Translations under genes and position numbers: made by a program
NCBI GenBank assembly: GCA_965644295.1
Contig: CBFFRP010000132.1
Coordinates: forward strand, 124,001 to 188,000
Direction: 5' to 3'
DNA length: 64,000 nucleotides
Source: Paraphysomonas bandaiensis
Taxonomy: Eukaryota > Protista > Chrysophyceae
Notes under the pieces: model-generated
Databases searched by the model: none
Told to the model about the DNA's origin: nothing
Seen by the model: the letters and a program-made list of their open reading frames with translations, nothing else
Shown here: positions 58,380 to 64,000 of the stretch, piece after piece
Layout: each line of letters opens with the position of its first letter
Position numbering within the stretch: position 1 is the stretch's first letter

Positions 58380-60050
58380 TTACTTTTTTTCAATCTTTGC
58401 ACATACAGCTTTTAGCTTTCGTAATAACGAATCAATTTTGAAGGGAATCAAACCTTGGTCGCAAAGGGCTCTAAGTTCCCAGTGAAGCGAGTTCATAAAA
58501 TTAACCATCTTATCTTCTAAATAAATGACATCGATAGTCTCTATTGAGTTTCGTGTGCTGCTCTGCTGCGATAGGGACGATTCTGCTTGTCCCCACTCTT
58601 CAGGGTCTACCGCCAGAGCCTTGCACCCCATCGTTCTAATATCAATAGCAGCCTGTCCATTTCTGTGAAGTAGGAGCTCTTCCTCCAGCCACACCACACA
58701 GTGTTTACCACATGACGAACGTGTACAACTGAGTCTCGTTTTCTCTGTATGATAGGTATCTTTTCTTGAACTCAGGTCATCCTCGGAGTAGGCAACTTCA
58801 CATCGTTGGCAAGCGACATGGAACAGAAGCGGATTACTCTCAACCAGTCGAAGAATGCGCACAAAGTAACGTAGCCCTTCAGTCTCGGAGTTGGTGAGAA
58901 AATCTACGAATGTGCAAGGGTCAAAACATATGGCTTCAGCAACGAAAAAGAAAAACATGCACAAGGAGTTGGCGAAACGGTCCATCGAAAAGACCCTCTC
59001 AAAATCATTGGACAGAGTGTTGGCTGTATCAATCAATCTTGTATTACCACTTTCAGAAGCCTTGTGGTTTGTCAAGCCACAAACGACGCGACACTCTTCT
59101 ACCGCCAGCAGGGTACGGATAAGCTCTTTGTCGGTTCCACAAAGAGACCGAACGAGCCCAAGTGCGCCACGTGCAGAGAGAATGCTGTCCAGCATCACGA
59201 CAACACGTGTACTCCCAGTTTTCACATTCTCAAAAGAATCACCCCGCAATGGGGCTTCATTAATGAAGTCCTGTTTGACTCCCGCGGAATCTACTTTTGC
59301 GGGCGATAGGTTCGAAATAAGATTGAGAGTTATCTCGGCGTTTCGAAGCAGGAGGTTGCAAAGCATACTGAAGAAGGCCGGTCCGACGTTATAACGCAAT
59401 GCAATTGATTCCACAAGTGCACACCCTTCATACTGCGCACTGCACGGCCAATCAAATAGCAGCCCAATGGGGTGAAGGCTGTTTACAGCAGAGTAAAAAG
59501 AATCCAGAAGATCTACAGCAATACAAGTCGTATCTTGTATCTGATATATAATATCCACCGCATCTATAATTTTGAGCAAATTAGAAGAATATCCACAAAT
59601 ACTTGGCATGTTCATTAACAAATAGTCATAGGCGAAGTGAATGAATGTTGGAAAAGATTCCGTACTCGTGGGAGACCGACTGACCTGCTTGAGAATATCA
59701 ACCAGCAAAGACAATTGAAAAAATGATAATGCATTCACAGGTGTGTAATGTATGAAAACTACAGCTCTAGAATCGTATATCCAACGCAGTAATACTATTG
59801 TCTTTGATATCTCTTCATCAGCGATGGACACCTCAGCAGCGCTCTGGCTGCGGCCTATCAATCTCTCCGGATGAGAGAGCTGTCTGGATACCTTCAAACA
59901 CTTTATACAAAGCCGGATGCAGCTGAACAAAGCTGAGTTTCCTGAAAGGGTTTCAGGTGTCAGGCACTCGTATAGTTTGCTTCTGAAGAGATGCACAGAA
60001 CAGTCTGAGCGGAATAACTCATACAGGTCACCATGCGCGTCCATTACCAC
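58380..60050 (-). CDS. Lines (LINS1)-like protein
   Basis: C-terminal FDPCTFVDFLTNSETEGLRYFVRIL and LRALCDQGLIPFKIDSLLRKL resemble the Lines_C domain. 556-aa ORF; the start is uncertain. Confidence 0.6.
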   Translation of the reverse strand: MVMDAHGDLYELFRSDCSVHLFRSKLYECLTPETLSGNSALFSCIRLCIKCLKVSRQLSHPERLIGRSQSAAEVSIADEEISKTIVLLRWIYDSRAVVFIHYTPVNALSFFQLSLLVDILKQVSRSPTSTESFPTFIHFAYDYLLMNMPSICGYSSNLLKIIDAVDIIYQIQDTTCIAVDLLDSFYSAVNSLHPIGLLFDWPCSAQYEGCALVESIALRYNVGPAFFSMLCNLLLRNAEITLNLISNLSPAKVDSAGVKQDFINEAPLRGDSFENVKTGSTRVVVMLDSILSARGALGLVRSLCGTDKELIRTLLAVEECRVVCGLTNHKASESGNTRLIDTANTLSNDFERVFSMDRFANSLCMFFFFVAEAICFDPCTFVDFLTNSETEGLRYFVRILRLVESNPLLFHVACQRCEVAYSEDDLSSRKDTYHTEKTRLSCTRSSCGKHCVVWLEEELLLHRNGQAAIDIRTMGCKALAVDPEEWGQAESSLSQQSSTRNSIETIDVIYLEDKMVNFMNSLHWELRALCDQGLIPFKIDSLLRKLKAVCAKIEKK

Positions 60051-60654
60051 AATTAGAGGGGGGGCATCTACGGCCCAGGAGATTTTATTCTTGTGGCTTT
60101 GTGAATTGTGAGTTATCGCTGATGCCTCTCATTGTCCAGTTAGCCGATACAACATGCTCATACAGCACACCAACAGCCAACAGCACTGTGTGCTGTGCAT
60201 TGCGTATGGACATGCATCTATATGCTGCCAATAAAATACCAACACACGCTAATCATATCATCGTATTCCTCCAGGAAGAGATCTTATTGAATAAATGATT
60301 GTATGGGAATACCGTGGAATACAGTTCAATACAATAAAATTATTGGTGAAAATTTTATATGAAGATATACACACTGCTGTAGACGTACTCCGTACTGTAC
60401 ATACGAGTGTGTACTCTGCGTAGGTCTTGTATTCTAATTCTCCCCCTTCAGCCTGCCCGCTGATCGCTCATGTAAACTATACTGAACTTCTACGTGTTGA
60501 CTACTTGCATCCATGCCCATGTCCACTCCTTGGATCACTGAGCGACATACATGTGCTTGAAAGCAGCCACTGAATTATCATCTGCGTGTTTAATTTAAAG
60601 CGCTATTGACTTCGCTCCTCTACAGATAATAGACACGGACTGCCCCTCTCTGAC

Positions 60655-63600
60655 ATGGGAGATGATATTACTGTGCGGGTGAGGTCTGCTTCAGACCCCT
60701 CGAGAATAACTACTGCTGTTGTCAAGACGGAATTTTCTTGGGCGCAATTGAGAGATGCGTTGTGCTCAGAGCTGCACGTCGATAACTCCTCTGACGTGTA
60801 TTTCGTATTGTTAGATGAAGACGGCAAGGTATCCAGCCCAACAATATCTGAGGATAAAAGATTTTGGTCGATGTATCACAAGAAATATCAGGTGTATGAG
60901 AATATGGTGTTCGAGATGAATTATAGGCACACTCGACTAGATACTCTTCCCAAAAGTAGTACGGTGGTCAATGGCAGTTCAACACAACATCAGTCCAGAG
61001 TGATCAATGTTCATTCCGCAAGTGCGTCTGGAGATATTTCAGCTCTGAAAAAGCTTATCGAAGAAGGGGCCCATATAAATGCCCGTGATAAGACCTCATC
61101 TACCCCACTTCATGTCGCTTCACAGAATGGCCACTTGGATATTGTTCGCTTCCTCGTTGCTGAGAAATCATTTAAAAATAACAAGAACTCTGCGGGCATG
61201 ACTCCACTGCTATGTGCTGCTGCTAATGGCCACTTAGAAATAGTAAAGTATTTAATTTCAGAGCGTGTGTTTACGTTTGTTGTAGATGAAGAGGGCAACA
61301 GTGCTCTGCATCTGGCAGCGAAACATGGACACACATGTGTAGTTGACTGGCTGCTGGAGCATAGTAGTGTAGACAAAGATCTTCGTAACCATCGCGGAGA
61401 AACTTATAGCGATGTTTTTTCTCAAGCAAGTGGGTCCAATGGCTTACGAGCTCGTCACACGAGGCCTCCCACCATGGACTGCAGTGCTCATGACAGCAGA
61501 GTAGATAACTGTCCTGATACCACAGCTCTCTGTCGACTGCTTGGGTATGGGCGAGGTGATACACTCTCAGTGTCAATTAACTTGTCATGGGGCTGGGAGG
61601 ACCTTTGCTTTACGGTGTTATTAGCGTTTGGGTTGGCTGCTTTTCCTATTTCTCAGAAGGGAACTGATGAAAGGGATGAATATGTGAGTAGACACTCTCG
61701 GCTTGTGGATTACGTGGTACTGATTGAAGAGGATGGGGATGAGGGAAGCGGGCACATAACCGATATGAGGAAATTTACAAAAATATACAGGAAGATATAT
61801 CAGCTGGGAACCGATATGTGTTTCTTGTTTTGTCTTAACAGACAGGAGCTTGACAGACATCTCATTGTGGATAGGACGATGTCAGCCGAGGATTCCACTG
61901 TCTCATCTGATGAAGAAAATCCGGAGGTACGCAGCAGTAGAGTACCCTCAATATCGATGGAGGATTCTCAGTCCAAAGTAGGGGTAAGCCATTTAGAAAT
62001 TAGTCACAAATGCTTGGAGCTAACTGTCTATGGTGCAGCCTTCTGTTGTCGTGGACACTATAATGTCGGCAGGGAAGACTGCTATACCTCCATTGACAGC
62101 CGAGGTTAATTCAATGGTTGGGTCAGGTACTCGTAGTAAGCTGTAACTCGAGCTATTGTTGATATTTTATCATATCACAGACGCAAGCACTGGGTTTCTT
62201 GAGCTTGAGTTGGAGGACGATAGCGGATATACCAGCTTTGCTCCACCTGCTCCAGGGCCTAGATCTCCACATATTCCTGTTAACGCTTACGGGTTAGTAT
62301 TGCTGAAGTGCCTGTGTTTGTGGACTCATTTGTTACAGTGACAGCGGGAGCATGCACGGTATTCTTAATATTGATGATGAGCTTAGATTAGCGTGCAGCG
62401 CGGGACAACTGGAGAAGTCTAAGAACCTCATCACCCGTGGTGCTGCTGTTAACTCACGTGACGTTCATATGATGACACCCCTTCACCATGCTGCAGAAGG
62501 TGGTCATCGAAAGCTTTGTCAACTGTTAGTGGCAGAAAAGGCCTTCAAAAATAACAGAGATAAAAGGGGGCGTACGCCCCTTCACTGCGCATCGGCTGCT
62601 GGGCACCTTGAAGTAGTCCGATATCTTGTAGGCGAGAAAGCCTTTGCTTTTGTACTAGATGAAGGGGGAAACAATGCCCTACATCTCGCAGCTTCAAATG
62701 GTCATGTAGATGTCGTCGATTGGCTGTTGAAGCATTGTGATATTGACTCTGAAGCACAAAATGCTTCTGGATACACTTACGTGGAGCTTCTCCCGGAGTC
62801 GTGTCGCTCTTACGCGGAGTTGCATAGTATGTCTGGTTCACCGTCGTCTTCAGCTCACGGAAACCAATTGACTTTGGACTCTTCGAAATTGCTACATCCT
62901 AAAGATGAGGTTCTTCTTGAAAATATTAAGTCCGCTAATCGATCCGAAGGATTTGTATCCGCGTCACTTTCACACAGCGATGGTGCTGAGATAGCGAAAA
63001 TAGCTGAAAAGGAGTATGCTATTCTCTCTGATAGCAGACACCGCAGGTCGTATCAGTCGAGTAGAAACCTTGAGACGGATGTTTCTCGTTCAAGCACCAC
63101 AGGCACTGAGAAAGCAAAAATTAGAGAGGCGAACAACGTTTATAACACAGACGCAATGCTGGCAGCGTGCTACAACGGCGACTTCGATGTGGCGACCCAG
63201 CTTCTACCTCAGTCAGACCCTAATGGGGTTCATGTATCCAGTCTGTCTGCTTTGCACCTGACATGTCATCTAGGTAACAGCGAGTTTGCAGAAAAGCTTA
63301 TCCGTGCTGGAGCGTCGGTCAATGTGCGTGATCGTCGTGGGTTTACTCCACTGCATTTAGCCTGCCAAGGAGAACATCTGGATGTTATTGAGACATTATT
63401 GCAGCATCATGCTGCTTTCGAGGGCGACGACCAGGGTCTGAACCCTTTGCACCATGCAGCGCTGAGCAGAGATGACTCTGTTCTGAAACTCCTACTTTCT
63501 CATGGAGGACAAGTAGACGAGATTGACAATTCAGGCAATTCCGTGTTCCACTATATTGTTGAATCCAGGAACCACTCCCTTGTGCTATGGGTTGCTGAAA

Positions 63601-64000
63601 ACTTTGCTGTTGATATATATGCAGCCAATTTAAATGGAATATCGGCGTATGATATTGCTCGAAATAATGGCATGACTGATATATGCACCACTTTGGTGGA
63701 AATACATGAACATAAGAAGCAGGAGAAACAGAAGCGTGCGAATGCGAAAAAGCTGCTCTGTCTGTGTACCCTCAGGGAGTGGGAATCTGCAGCTGAGGTC
63801 ATGGATAAGAATGTTGACTATGCCGCTAAAGACGAGGACGGAATGCAAGCGATTCATTTGTGTGCCGCTGGAGGAAGCGTTTCGTGTTTAGAAAAGTTAA
63901 TTGAGCATGGTGTTGATATTAATAGTGTGGACAGTGCTGGAAAAACTGCTGCAATGCATGGATGTAGACACGGGCATTTGGGTGTCGTGTCCTGTCTTGT
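60655..64000 (+). CDS. Large ankyrin-repeat protein, multi-exon, runs off the window end
   Basis: Many TPLH/ALH..A..GH repeats at 61000-61410, 62380-62780 and 63150-64000. Open frame from about 62340 to the window end; short introns at 61980-62340. Confidence 0.85.

Noticed and set aside
1-64000. tRNA, rRNA or prokaryotic defence systems
   Set aside because: None recognisable by eye; a tRNAscan-SE/Infernal run would be needed to exclude small RNAs.

Overview
Eukaryotic genomic DNA with many short (about 45-70 nt) spliceosomal introns. The gene content and the Copia types suggest a flagellated stramenopile such as a chrysophyte-like ochrophyte; this is an inference. Two gene-dense arms carry IFT70/TTC30, SERINC, a GH47 mannosidase with a LamG-like domain, RPS14, ALKBH6-like, PCH2/TRIP13 and a head-to-head CD36-like pair on the left, and EF-hand, receiver-like/TPR/cNMP, NCBP2, myosin, Lines-like and ankyrin genes on the right. 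They flank an about 18-kb nest of transposons (22.3-40.7 kb). Two systems stand out. (1) An intact, very young Copia retrotransposon (35621-40719) has LTRs ending CG...CG instead of TG...CA, an integrase with D at the third catalytic position, and no tRNA PBS. The PBS position is instead perfectly complementary to 13-14 nt inside its own LTR at the likely transcription start, which points to Tf1-like self-priming in a Copia element. (2) A two-gene DNA transposon family has AAG...CTT termini, a 3-bp AAT TSD, asymmetric ends and a Sola-like DDD transposase with a Tudor-like and CHZ-like tail. It is present as a 7.7-kb element, a 1.55-kb relative nested in the transposase intron, and two orphan ends. 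All coordinates and splice models were read by eye; no database searches were run.
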